DNA from: Macrostomum lignano
Lineage: Eukaryota
Length of the DNA stretch: 64,000 nt
Reading direction: 5' to 3'
NCBI GenBank assembly: GCA_002269645.1
Contig: NIVC01000903.1
Coordinates: 334,459-398,458 of the forward strand
The first letter of the stretch is position 1, and each line of letters starts with the position of its first letter. A program made the position numbers and the translations under genes. The notes beneath the pieces were generated by a model. The model did not search any database and had not been told where the DNA came from. It saw only the letters and a program-made list of their open reading frames with translations. Positions 38,950 to 50,799 of this stretch are shown one piece after another.

Positions 38950-41900
38950 ATGCGGACTCTGATGCTGCCGATGCTGCTACTGCTGGCTGCCTGCTGGGTG
39001 CTGCCAGCGTCTGGCTCCATCGACGGTCGCAAAGCGGCAGCCGGCCTGCTGGCCAACGCCAGCATCTCTGGGATTCTGTCGGGCATCCGCGACGGCCGGT
39101 TCACCTGCGAGGATTTGATCAGTGAGCAGCTTCGCCGAATCGATGCCTACAATGCCAGCCTGGCCGCTTTCATCTCCGTCGATAAGGAGGCTGCGATGGC
39201 GGCGGCGAAGGCCAAGGACAGCCAGGGCGGGCTGAGCGGAGCGCTGCACTGCGTGCCAGTGGCCGTGAAGGACAACGCGGATGTCAAAGGGGTGCCGACC
39301 ACCAGCGGAGCGCCCGCCCTGCGGACTATGACAGCGGCTAGCGACAGCGCCGTGGTGGCTCGCATCAGGGCGGCTGGCGGTGAGCCGGGATGAGATATGG
39401 ATGGACTTCATGGGGGCATGAGAGGGAGACTTCATAGGGGCATGAGAGGGAGACTGCATGGGGGCATGAGAGGGAGACTGCATGGGGGTGTGAGAGGGAG
39501 ACTGAGAGGGAGACTGCATGGGGGCATGAGAGGGAGACTGCATGGGGGTGTGAGAGGGAGACTGCATGGGGGCATGAGAGGGAGACTGCATGAAGGCATG
39601 AGAGGGAGACTGCATGGGGGTGTGAGAGGGAGACTGCATGAAAGCATGAGAGGGAGACTGCATGGGGGCATGAGAGGGAGACTGAGAGGGAGACTGCATG
39701 GGGAATGAGAACGAGACTGGGAGCATGTGAGGAGATGCTAGCATGAGAGGGAAAAGTACTGCAAGGATCAGAGAGGAAGAACACAAGCACAAACCCGGGT
39801 CCAACAGGCATAGTGATAGGCAAGGCCAACATGGCGGAGATGTCGGACTCCGGCACCAGCTCAGTCAGCACCCTTGGCGGAGTCTGCGCCAACCCGTGGG
39901 ACAAGCGGCGAAGCTGCCTCGGCAGTTCTGGCGGGTCAGGCGCCGCGGTGGCCGCCGGCCTGGCCGTCCTTGGCGTCGGCACGGACACTGAGGGCTCCGT
40001 GATCGGGCCCTGTACAGCATCCGGTCTCGTCTGCATCAGGCCGACTCAGAACGCGCAATTCGAAGCCATGCGGGAGGGCGTCTACCCGGCCTTCCAGCGA
40101 CAGGACCTGGTCGGCTTGATGGCTCGCAGCAGGGGCGACTACCTCACTGCTCACGATGCCGTCTACGGTATGTTGTGCGGCAGTGCCCTCCGTCACTGTC
40201 CCGCACACCCTCCGTCACTGTCCCGCACACCCTCCGTCACTGTCCCGCACACCCTCCGTCACTGTCCCGCACACCCTCCGTCACTGTCCCGCACACCCTC
40301 CGTCACTGTCCCGCACACCCTCCGTCACTGTCCCGCACACCCTCCGTCACTGTCCCGCACACCCTCCGTCACTGTCCCGCACACCCTCCGTCACTGTCCC
40401 GCACACCCTCCGTCACTGTCCCGCACACCCTCCGTCACTGTCCCGCACACCCTCCGTCACTGTCCCGCACACCCTCCGTCACTGTCCCGCACACCCTCCG
40501 TCACTGTCCCGCACACCCTCCGTCACTGTCCCGCACACCCTCCGTCACTGTCCCGCACACCCTCCGTCACTGTCCCGCACACCCTCCGTCACTGTCCCGC
40601 ACACCCTCCGTCACTGTCCCGCACACTCTCCGTCACTGTCCCGCACACTCTCCGTCACTGTCCCGCACACCCTCCGTCACTGTCCCGCACACCCTCCGTC
40701 ACTGTCCCGCACACCGTCCGTCAAATAACTTATCAGACGCGCTCACATCCCGGCAAAATGATTCAAACCGAAACAGGCAGCAACTTCAGCCAGACAATAT
40801 CCGGGGTAACTCAGCTCAACAAGATGACAATCCGATTCCTGGATAATTTCTACGAAAGTTTCCCAATCTCAGCAACCGAGTCCTACTCACCCGACCCGGA
40901 AATGGTCCGCCTGCACAACCGCGCCGCCGAACGCTTGGCCGAACTGGGCGCCACAATTCAGCGCTACAGGACGAATGGCACCGATCTGGGCGCCAAGCTC
41001 GGTGTGATATTCCAGGCCACCAGCACCAAGCCGCGGTGCAGCAACAGCTGCATGAAGAAGAGCCTCAACGATTACTTAAGGCGGTGAGTCCAATTATTTT
41101 TAAATTCTGGAGTCCTTGAGTTCCATCTTGCCGATGCTGAATATCCCGGAGTCCTTGAGTTCCATCTTGCCGATGCTGAATATCCCGGAGTCCTTGAGTT
41201 CCATCTTGCCGATGCTGAATATCCCGGAGTCCTTGAGTTCCATCTTGCCGATGCTGAATATCCCAGAGTCCTTGAGTTCCATCTTGCCGATGCTGAATAT
41301 CCCGGAGTCCTTGAGTTCCATCATGCCGATGCTGAATATCCCGGAGTCCTTGAGTTCCATCTTGCCGATGCTGAATATCCCGGAGTCCTTGAGTTCCATC
41401 TTGCCGATGCTGAATATCCCGGAGTCCTTGAGTTCCATCATGCCGATGCTGAATATCCCGGAGTACTTTGCCTCCCTCCCGCAATCTTACCACCAGTGTC
41501 TCAAACCCACACGCCATCCTCGTACAAAAATCCGTCCAGCTACTCGGCAACCGGGCCGTTTCGAAACGCCAGCGACCTGCAGCGCGTGTTCTCGGGCTTC
41601 CCGATCTCCTACCAGGAGAAGCTGAACTTCACCATCAGCCAGCCGGACGATCAAGTGTGCGGCGCGGCCGCCTGCGACCCCTACAACATCGGCCGGTCGA
41701 ACGTCACTGACATCATGCGCGAGCTGCTGGGCGACGCTGATGTCTTGGCGGTGCCGTTCACCGCCAAGCTGCCGCAGTTGAACTCCGTGCAGCCGGGTCT
41801 CGCCGACCAGATCTCGCCGGCCTTGAACCCGTACACAGGCTGGCCCAGCCTGGCCCTGCCTGTGGGATTCTCCGCCTCCGACGGGCAGGACCAGCCGCAG

Positions 41901-42113
41901 GGTCTGCCGGTGTCCGCGGTGCTGCTGGCCGAGACCGACAACGAGCGACTGCTGCTCAACGTTGCCAACGCCTACCTGGCCAGCTATCCGGACATTCGCG
42001 TACCGGACTTGGCGCCCGAACTCGAAGTCAAAGCGGCTGGCAAGGTTGGCGGAGTGCCGGCTCTGCTGCTGATCTTGGCCGGTGTACTAGTGCTATGCTG
42101 TCGAAGTCTCTGA
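38950..42113 (+). CDS. Amidase-signature family enzyme, 556 aa, with N-terminal signal peptide and C-terminal hydrophobic tail. Exons 38950-39379, 39808-40167, 40777-41083, 41540-42113
   Basis: LHCVPVAVKDN (catalytic Lys), GKANMAE, GSSGGSGAAVAAG (cis-Ser), GTDTEGS (nucleophile Ser), WPSLALPVGF...GLPVS. Phases 1,1,2 join without stops. Confidence 0.92.
39405..39705. repeat. 24-bp intronic minisatellite (amidase intron 1)
   Basis: Unit GAGAGGGAGACTGCATGGGGGCAT. Confidence 0.93.
40186..40718. repeat. 22-bp intronic minisatellite (amidase intron 2)
   Basis: Unit CCCTCCGTCACTGTCCCGCACA, nearly perfect. Confidence 0.97.
41108..41465. repeat. 39-bp intronic minisatellite (amidase intron 3)
   Basis: Unit GGAGTCCTTGAGTTCCATCTTGCCGATGCTGAATATCCC. 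Confidence 0.97.
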
Positions 42114-42254
42114 TCAGTCCATGAGATTTCTCATGACGCCTATGGATTTTTGACCAACATTTGACTCACGTTCCAAAGCTTACAGCCCGAAGTACATAAG
42201 GAACTTTGTCTTACATTTTTATTTCCATGACAATTGACTGCCACGAATTGACTA

Positions 42255-42790
42255 CCCTAGCCTAAACACAAACCCTAGCCTAAACACAAGCCCTAGCCTA
42301 AACACAACCCCTAACCTAAACACAAGCCCTAACCTAAACACAAGCCCTAACCTAAACACAAGCCCTAGCCTAAACACAAACCCTAGCCTAAACACAAGCC
42401 CTAGCCTAAACACAAACCCTAACCTAAACACAAGCCCTAACCTAAACACAACCCCTAACCTAAACACAAACCCTAACCTAAACACAACCCCTAACCTAAA
42501 CACAAGCCCTAACTTAAACACAACCCCTAACCTAAACACAAGCCCTAACTTAAACACAAACTCCAACCTAAACACAACCCCTAACCTAAACACTAACCCT
42601 AACCTAAACACAAGCCCTAACTTAAACACAAACTCCAACCTAAACACAAACCTTAAGCTAAACACAAACCCTAACCTAAACACAAACTCCAACCTAAACA
42701 CAAACCTTAAGCTAAACACAAACCCTAACCTAAACACAAACCTTAAGCTAAACGCAAACCCTAGACCTAGCCTAAGCCCTATCCTAACTA
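42255..42790. repeat. 18-bp telomere-like minisatellite (CCCTAACCTAAACACAAA)n
   Basis: CCCTAA core in many units. Confidence 0.93.
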
Positions 42791-43321
42791 AACCCCAAAC
42801 ATAAATTCCTTTTGAAAGCCTAATTCTTATACACTACCCCTCTCCTGAACCGTGGCAGTTAGTTAATTCTGCTTCTAATTTTTATACAGCAACCAATATT
42901 TACGCAAGATTTCCCAGTCACCGTGTCCTAACTTAAAAACTCTGCCGGACTCGAGATTAAATAGATTAAACCTTGACATTCGAGAGTTATTTTACTCCAG
43001 AAGCATGTAACGGTTATAGTTAAGCAATGTCAACAATGCGACTGTAGATTCGCTTTGGCCTGAGCGATAAGACTCAAACTGAGCCCAAGAGTTGCATGGA
43101 CTCGTTGCTCCCTATTTGCATTATTGAATAGATATTGAAATAATGAACAGATAAGAGCCATTACCAAAAACAGATTGGCACAGAATATGAACTTTCGGGA
43201 GATAAACCATGGTTGACATAGATTAGCGGAGCGTTGCTAACTTTATTAACTGGATAGGAAAAATCAGAGTTACCATAGCTTCAGTGGTTAATTACACTTA
43301 TGACTCGCCATTCATAGTTTA

Positions 43322-43885
43322 TGACCGAGTACCAAGTGTGAGTACACAATGACTCATCAGTACATGACCGATTACCAAGTGTGAGTACACAGTGACTCAT
43401 CAGTACATGACCGAGTACCAAGTGTGAGTACACAGTGACTCATCAGTACATGACCGAGTACCAAGTGTGAGTACACAATGACTCATCAGTACATGACCGA
43501 GTACCAAGTGTGAGTACACAATGACTCATCAGTACATGACCGAGTACCAAGTGTGAGTACACAATGACTCATCAGTACATGACCGATTACCAAGTGTGAG
43601 TACACAGTGACTCATCAGTACATGACCGAGTACCAAGTGTGAGTACACAATGACTCATCAGTACATGACCGAGTACCAAGTGTGAGTACACAATGACTCA
43701 TCAGTACATGACCGAGTACCAAGTGTGAGTACACAATGACTCATCAGTACATGACCGAGTACCAAGTGTGAGTACACAGTGACTCATCAGTACATGACCG
43801 AGTACCAAGTGTGAGTACACAATGACTCATCAGTACATGACCGAGTACCAAGTGTGAGTACACAGTGACTCATCGGTCTATGACC
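43322..43885. repeat. 43-bp minisatellite, ~13 copies, each with TGACTCA
   Basis: Period 43 (43321, 43364). Confidence 0.97.
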
Positions 43886-44680
43886 CAGTTCCAATATGTA
43901 CAGCCGATGACACAATGAGTTCAAAATTTCTGTTTGATAAGTGACGCTAACTAAAAAAAATGTAATTACAGGCACAAAATTTTAGTCATCAGGAAATTTT
44001 TAAATATTTATAACTACACAGTCAATGATAATAATTATATATTTAATAATTATGAATTTAAGCAATTGTGCCAAAAGGGCAACAGTAGTATAGCAAGCAG
44101 CCGATACTCAGCACGGATAAAAACATAAATTAAGAATGAGAGCCTCCAATGACAGCAATACTGCTATATTGCATAGTTACAAACAAACAATTAACAATGT
44201 TCACAACTTTCACAACTGTCTACTAATAGTAAGAGAGCCGTACAAGATGATAGTAGCATGACATGAATTATTTAACTATGTGCTATGAAATCTAGGGGTT
44301 GAGGTTTGTAAGAGTTCAGTAAGTTATTGAATTTAAGTCTCCACGATGAGCAATAGGCCTATTGTAGCCGGAGCCGTTGGTTCGAATCTATAACAAAAAT
44401 AGGCTCCGTTGAGTATAGCTCCACAATTTGATGACTTCGAATATCCCAAAAATGCGGGGAGCAAACGCAAAACTGCTCTTATAGTCACTTCACCGTATCA
44501 ATAAAATATCGAATCATAAAATAAACGGGTTGAACAGATCGATGAAGAGATTACTGCGGGTTTATTTTGAGCACTTTAGCAAGCAGACTGTAGGGGTATA
44601 AGGCGGGAGTAAATATAGCTGCAATTTCATAGTTTGATGCCTCGTCATCTAATTAGTTACAATGCAATCTTCCCGGTCCC

Positions 44681-46430
44681 TTACTGCGACTGGATCAGCT
44701 TTCTCTTCACCTTCTGCCTGACCCGGCGCCGCTCCGCCGCGCTAACTCCGCGCGCCCCTAATCGGCGCAGCACAACGCCGGCTGCCGCGGCCATCCGCGG
44801 GGCCACAGCGCGCAGGCCGGCAGTGTCCAGGCCGGCGATAGCGGCGGCCAAGCCCGGGTCGGCTCTGGCGGCAATAGCGTCGCCAATGAGCAGCCGGCGA
44901 GTCCTGTGGAAGAACAGGCGCTCAGCGGCGGCGTACAGTCGGGCGTCAAGGCTCGTGGCGGACTCGGCGATGGCCAGGTCGGCCCGGCTGGTGTTCAGCT
45001 GGCTGGCCACGGTTTCATCGTGCTGCCAGAACAGCCGGTTGAACAGCAGGCCGAGGCCGCGGGTGAGCTGGTACTGGTTGAGCACCTGTAGGTGACCGGT
45101 GGGAGCGAGTGAGCTTAAAATTCTTAGACAATCGAAATATTGAACATTATACAGTTCACCGAGTTTACAACCTACTAGCTCAAAGTTCACCGAGTTTACA
45201 ATCTACTAGCTCAGAGTTCACCGAGTTCACAATCTACTAGCTCAAAGTTCACAATCTACTAGCTCAGAGTTCACCGAGTTCACAATCTACTAGTTCAAAG
45301 TTCACCGAGTTCACAATCTACTAGCTCAAAGTTCACAATCTACTAGCTCAGAGTTCACCGAGTTAACAATCTACTAGCTCAGAGTTCACCGAGTTCACAA
45401 TCTACTAGCTCAAAGTTCACCGAGTTCACAATCTACTAGCTCAAAGTTCACAATCTACTAGCTCAGAGTTCACCGAGTTAACAATCTACTAGCCTCAAAG
45501 TTCACCGAGTTCACAATCTACTAGCTCAAAGTTCATTGAGTTCACAATCTACTAGCTCAAAGTTCACCGAGTTCACAATCTACTAACTCAAAGTTCACAA
45601 TCTACTAACTTAAAAACTACAACCATAGCTACCTGGTACTCGGTGAGGCCAACAAAAATCATTCGTCTCAGATTGGCCAGCGCCCCGGCCAGCATCTCCT
45701 TGCCGCCCAGGCACTCCCGGCCGGTCAGGTTGGCCAGCATGCGGCTCTGCCTATTAATAGCCGGATTGGTGGCGCAGCCGGCAAACTCGGCCAGCCCAAC
45801 GCCGTGCCAGTCGTCGCCACGGTAGCACAGCTCCGGCTGCGGGTCCATCGGTTTGCCGTCGCAAAACCGACGCGCCGCCTCCCAGGTAGCGCCGCGCCTT
45901 ACGTGACGCCACTCGGAAAAGAATCGGTCAACAGGCCGGCGCAGCACCGTCATGTAGTGCAGCCGGACGCCCGGGCGGAACCGATGCCAATTGGGCACGC
46001 AAGCCTGCAAAGCGGCCAGGCTGGCGTGGAGTCCGCAGCGCCAGCCGACGCTGCCGCGGCTGAACAGCCAATCGGTGTCGGCCGAATTCAAGCACAGGCA
46101 GCGCTTCCGACCGCGCCGACAGCGGCAGGGCAGGCCGCGCACGCCGGCCCGGACGAACTGACGATTAAGCGAGGAGCCGCCGGTTTTCTGAATGTGCACC
46201 AGCACCAGGGCGCTGCCGCCCTGCATTAGATCCGGCGGCGGCCGCGGCGGCCAGTCGAGATCGTCAGGGTCGGTGTCGACGTTGGCAGACGAGAGCCAGC
46301 GGCGATTGAAGAGGCCGGCAACGAGGTGACGGCTGCCACCATGGCGCCGAGACAGCAGGAGGAAGCAGCAGACGAGCAGGACGACAGCAAAGGCCGCCAA
46401 GCATAGCCGGTTGCGGCTGATGGCAGTCAT
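44681..46430 (-). CDS. hs6st: Heparan-sulfate 6-O-sulfotransferase-like type II membrane protein. Exons 46430-45633, 45085-44681
   Basis: N-terminal TM; PAPS 5'-site LVHIQKTGGS; WLFSRGSVGWRCGLHA; 3'-site YMTVLRRPVDRFFSEWRHVRRGATW; NPAINRQSRML; FVGLTEYQ|; phase-0 intron. Confidence 0.93.
45165..45612. repeat. 31-bp intronic minisatellite with shorter variants (HS6ST intron)
   Basis: Unit TCAAAGTTCACCGAGTTCACAATCTACTAGC. Confidence 0.95.
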
Positions 46431-48669
46431 CCAAGGCGGAGCTGCTCAACTGAGCTGTGCCAGCTTACAGCTTGCAGTGCCATCGGTGCTGCATAGCGAA
46501 CTTGGCAAATGGGCTGAGCTGAAGTCATTGTTGCAATCAAATATAATCAAGTTTGTAATAGTACTAATTAGATGACGAGGCATTTAGCCTCAATAAGACA
46601 CTCATAGTTACTCCTGCTATTTACTTAAAATTGTGTTAATTTTTCTGAAGGGTTTCTTTTACAGGTAAGTCGCATTTTGGTCAAAAAGTTGCATGCCGAG
46701 TGTAAATCAGGGGGGGGGGTTGCGCATGTTCCATCTTATTTTTTGCTTGCTTTGTTTGCATTAGTAGTATTGCATTAATTTATAAGAATAAAAATGAAAA
46801 CTTTAGACAAACTAAGGTTAATAGACTAAGTTTATGCCCTAAGGATTAAGTTTCTGCCTACAATCCAAAATTTTAGGCCATAGACTATGGGTAGCAGTTG
46901 CCTTGAGTATAGCATTTTACCACTTTGGATTAAGTTAACTGCTCCTAAGCTCAAACTGACTGCAAAATGCTATAGAAGCTAAAGCCTAATTTTTGTTTTA
47001 TAGAAACAATTTTGATATATTTTAATTAAAAAAGTTGTCAATATATTGGTAAACAAAAAGGCACTATTTAGAATATATAATTTTCTATTGACAAAAATTG
47101 TATCATTTTTTGTCCTATGCTATATTCTACTAATTTTTCCCCTTGCATGCTATTTTTCTAGAATATGCTAGTGTTAATGCATATTCAACCCTTTTTTGTG
47201 ATAAAATTTTCTAGAAAATACTTTCTTCCTGACTATGGTTACTAGCTACTTTTGACTATCAGTTAGGTATGCCCAATATTATACTAACTGCTCTTTCTTA
47301 TATTGATTATTTCTCTTTAATTAATATATCATATCTTTTTGTTTTATCTATATGACCAAACAATTAACATTAGTTTTTAAAAGTCTTTAAAAGTTTTATA
47401 GAAACAAAGTTTTTAAAAGTTTAAAAGTAAAACTCCCTATATGCTCTAAGTTATTTATTTTTTAAATATTTTAACTAGCTAGGATGTAGGTCTTAGTCAA
47501 TCAGCCCAAATATAAAATTATGCATATATAGAGGTTATTAGTTTATATGATATTATTGACTTTCTAAAAATAAATAATTCTTCAACCAAAAGTGTATCAT
47601 TGTTAGCAACAAGCATTTTAGCAAGGTCACAAACATCACAATGAGAAAGGAGCACAATATCTTTATGTTATTTCTATGATTATTTGGATTTGATATTGGA
47701 TAATAGATATACAATATTTTGTCTATTTTTTTTTCTATTGGCAAACAAAAAACTTTTTCTATGGGTCCTAGTTCTACAGTCTTAGGCCCAAGCCCGATTA
47801 GCTACCTAGGATTAAGTCATTAAGATTAGAAAGAATATTATAAATTGAAATATTTTTGTATTTAAGGCCATAAGGCCGACTCTTTGCTTAATAAATTTAT
47901 TATTTAATTATATTAAATCAACAAGAGTCAATGATTTTAAAATCAAAAAGAGGATTCAGAACCAGACATAAGGTGATTCAGTGATTTAGAATCACTTTAT
48001 GATGATTTCCTTTTGGTGATTTAGAAGGTAAAGTTAGTCAAGGTAGGGCAAGCAAAAGGACTTAGAATTTACATTGTAAAGACAAAGTGAACAGATAAGG
48101 TGATACAATATTACAAGAATTTGAAAACAAAAATAGTAGATAAAATAAAAAAATAATTAAATTCTAATTTAATTATTAAATGGAAAATAAACCATAGAGT
48201 ATCTAAAACAATAAATGATCAAAGAAACATAGTAGTAGTAAGTTGGCTCAGGCAAGAAGCCTGTTTGGCCAATATATTTTTGTGTATATAAGATTACTTC
48301 AGGAATAGGAGACAATATTTTAGCAATAGTTATTTAATTAATGATTAGTACAAGTTTTGCAATATGGTATTTGAAAGAATGCGGAAATGTTATTAACAAA
48401 ACTTGGACGACTAATGAAGCGAAAGAAAAAGCAAGGAGTTAAAAAAGTATTGCGTGAAATTTATGTATGTAGTTGGCGGTATTGCACAAAACAGCTTAGT
48501 CCTTATGTTATAAAAGTAAATTCTATAGATATTAATTAGATGACAACAAAATTGTATAAAATATAAAATTTGAAAGAGTGCATAGGGTTTTTTTGTGGTT
48601 TTTACGGATAGACTAAAAACAGGTACCATATGGCTTTGATGCAAACAACGGTTCATCCAAAATGCAATA

Positions 48670-49455
48670 GGCTCATTCCATATAAGCATGGTCGTAACAT
48701 GACAGGTTATTTTTACTTATAAAATGAAATCTAATAATAGAATATACTAAACCAATATTTTAAATGAAAGATTATTTTGTCTAAAATATATTTATAGAGT
48801 TTCATATAGATATCATCATTAGTATAGATGCTATTAAACCTTAAATGACACTTATGGTCGTAACGACAGGATTTTTGACATATAGAAACTAAAAGGTAAA
48901 AGTCTTATAACATTTTTCATTTTTGATATTTTGCAATACATTTTTAAAATTTGACTAAAAATATCTTTAGAAATCATACTCTTTTATTAGAATATATAAA
49001 CTCTAAAGGCAACAAAGATACAAAAGAAAAGGCAGCCTTATGGTTGTAACATTATGGTTGTAACATATTTTTTTCTGTCAATTCAGTAACTTTGAGGTAC
49101 TAATACATTAAAAATATAATAGATTATTTGGTCACCAATGCTTTTATCTGATGATGCAAGTACTATACTTTTATCTATAGTTTGTTTCAACCTTCAAAAG
49201 CTTTCTATTTGTTTTTAAAAGGTACAAAATCTTAATGATGTCTTTTGCTTCGAAAAATGTCCAAATTTTTACAAAAATGACTTTTTGCCAATTGATAACA
49301 TACTAATCCAACATTTTACCATTCCTTTATTCTTAGATTGTATATATTGCACAATATAAACATTTGGTAAAAAAATAGGCTAATTAGGCAATGGCAAGCA
49401 AAAATATTGACTTTTTTCTATTTTCCAAATATGTCTATCTTATATGGAATGAGCC
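48670..49455. mobile_element. MITE-like element, 786 bp, with perfect 17-bp TIRs and a 4-bp AATA TSD
   Basis: GGCTCATTCCATATAAG (48670-48686) / CTTATATGGAATGAGCC (49439-49455); AATA on both flanks; internal GGT(C/T)GTAAC repeats. Confidence 0.75.
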
Positions 49456-50643
49456 AATAGATTGTATGCATTAATCTGTCAATGAAGAATATCGAGTATA
49501 AGGATTGCTCATAATATTTGGCGATCATTGTATACATGTTAAATATTCTGTTTGAAGGCCTTAAAAACCATCTAACGACTTATGGTCATTAAATAGAATT
49601 TTTTTCTATAGAAATAGAAACTTCTCTGCAGAAATGTGCCAAGGAACTGTTCCAAGGACGTGCATAGTGATGGTGGGAATAAGAATATGCGGACTCAGTA
49701 CTTTACTGCTATACATGTATATAAAACATGCTGAATATTTCAGGTTAAAAAATTTAACTGTACATGACATCATAAATTTTAGCAGCTCCAGAGAGCTCTT
49801 TTCTGAGTCTTTTTTCATTCATTTGTGGCATACCCTATTTTATGTATCTGTGTGGCATCTAGAAGGTATTGGGGGAAGTATTTTTTCCTAATTTCTAGTG
49901 TTTGTGGGCACTCACTTAGGTAGTGAAGGATATCGGCTCTTTTTCTTGCTCCACAGAGTCCACGGCTTCCTGAGAGAATGCCTTTGGCGTGAGTTCGCAT
50001 TTTAGTTTCCGAGAAAGTTCGCATTTACGTTTCCGAGAAAATGACAACGTTAAATTTTCTCTTAATAGCATAATAACAATTTTTCCTTAATGCTTGGCAA
50101 ATAAGTGCACTATGTATCCAAAATGAAACACTTTATATTAAAATCGTTCTTAGGTTTTTTTAAACTTGCGAATAATAAAAAGATAATAAAGAATGCTTTT
50201 AGAATCTATTTTTGAAATACACGAATGAGCTCATTTCAGACTCGCAAGCAGTAGAATTGTTATCAAGCGATGGTAAAGCATACGTACATTAAGTAGTTAA
50301 CCTTCTTTGAAGTCAACGTACCATTTTAATAAAAGGATAATAATTCATTTACTATGTGGTAAAATATGATTTGATCTAGTTTTATTAATCCAGCTCCACC
50401 AGACATAATCGCAGAACTGACCTGAGATAGGCCTACACTTTTTTACAGTCACTGTTTACAGCAATAAGAATCACTGAAAAAGAAGTGCCGTCGTCTGCTT
50501 AATAGGGGCCTAATAGTAATACTTTTTATGTCGATAGGCTATCCTGCTAATTTGTAATTTTACAATCCATTATTTTAGCTTGCATTTAATTTTAAAATAT
50601 TTTTGAAAAGCAAAACCCTTTTAATCTTAGACTTAGGCCTACA

Positions 50644-50742
50644 ATGTCAAAGAGTGTATCTAAGTCTGTGAAGCCCATTAAAATAGTTGTAATTGGAAGT
50701 GGAGGTGTTGGCAAAAGTGCACTTACACTTCAGTTTTCAAAA
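50644..50742 (+). CDS. First exon of a Ras-family small GTPase (Ral/Rap/Ras-like G1 box); the rest was not found in the window
   Basis: MSKSVSKSVKPIKIVVIGSGGVGKSALTLQFSK followed by a canonical donor GTAAGT. Too short for the ORF track. Confidence 0.8.
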
Positions 50743-50799
50743 GTAAGTTATTTAAATACTTAATTTCTATATTGATCACAACAGTTGTTAAATCTTCTT

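Noticed and set aside
43322-43885. CRISPR-like regular repeats (also 6855-7150, 19160-19616, 32925-33832)
   Set aside because: The units are head-to-tail with no unique spacers, there are no cas genes, and the context is eukaryotic.
49600-50030. Exon-like segments on the minus strand (e.g. NEKRLRKELSGAAKIYDV; donor GTGAGT near 49917)
   Set aside because: I could not assemble a consistent spliced frame or recognise a domain.
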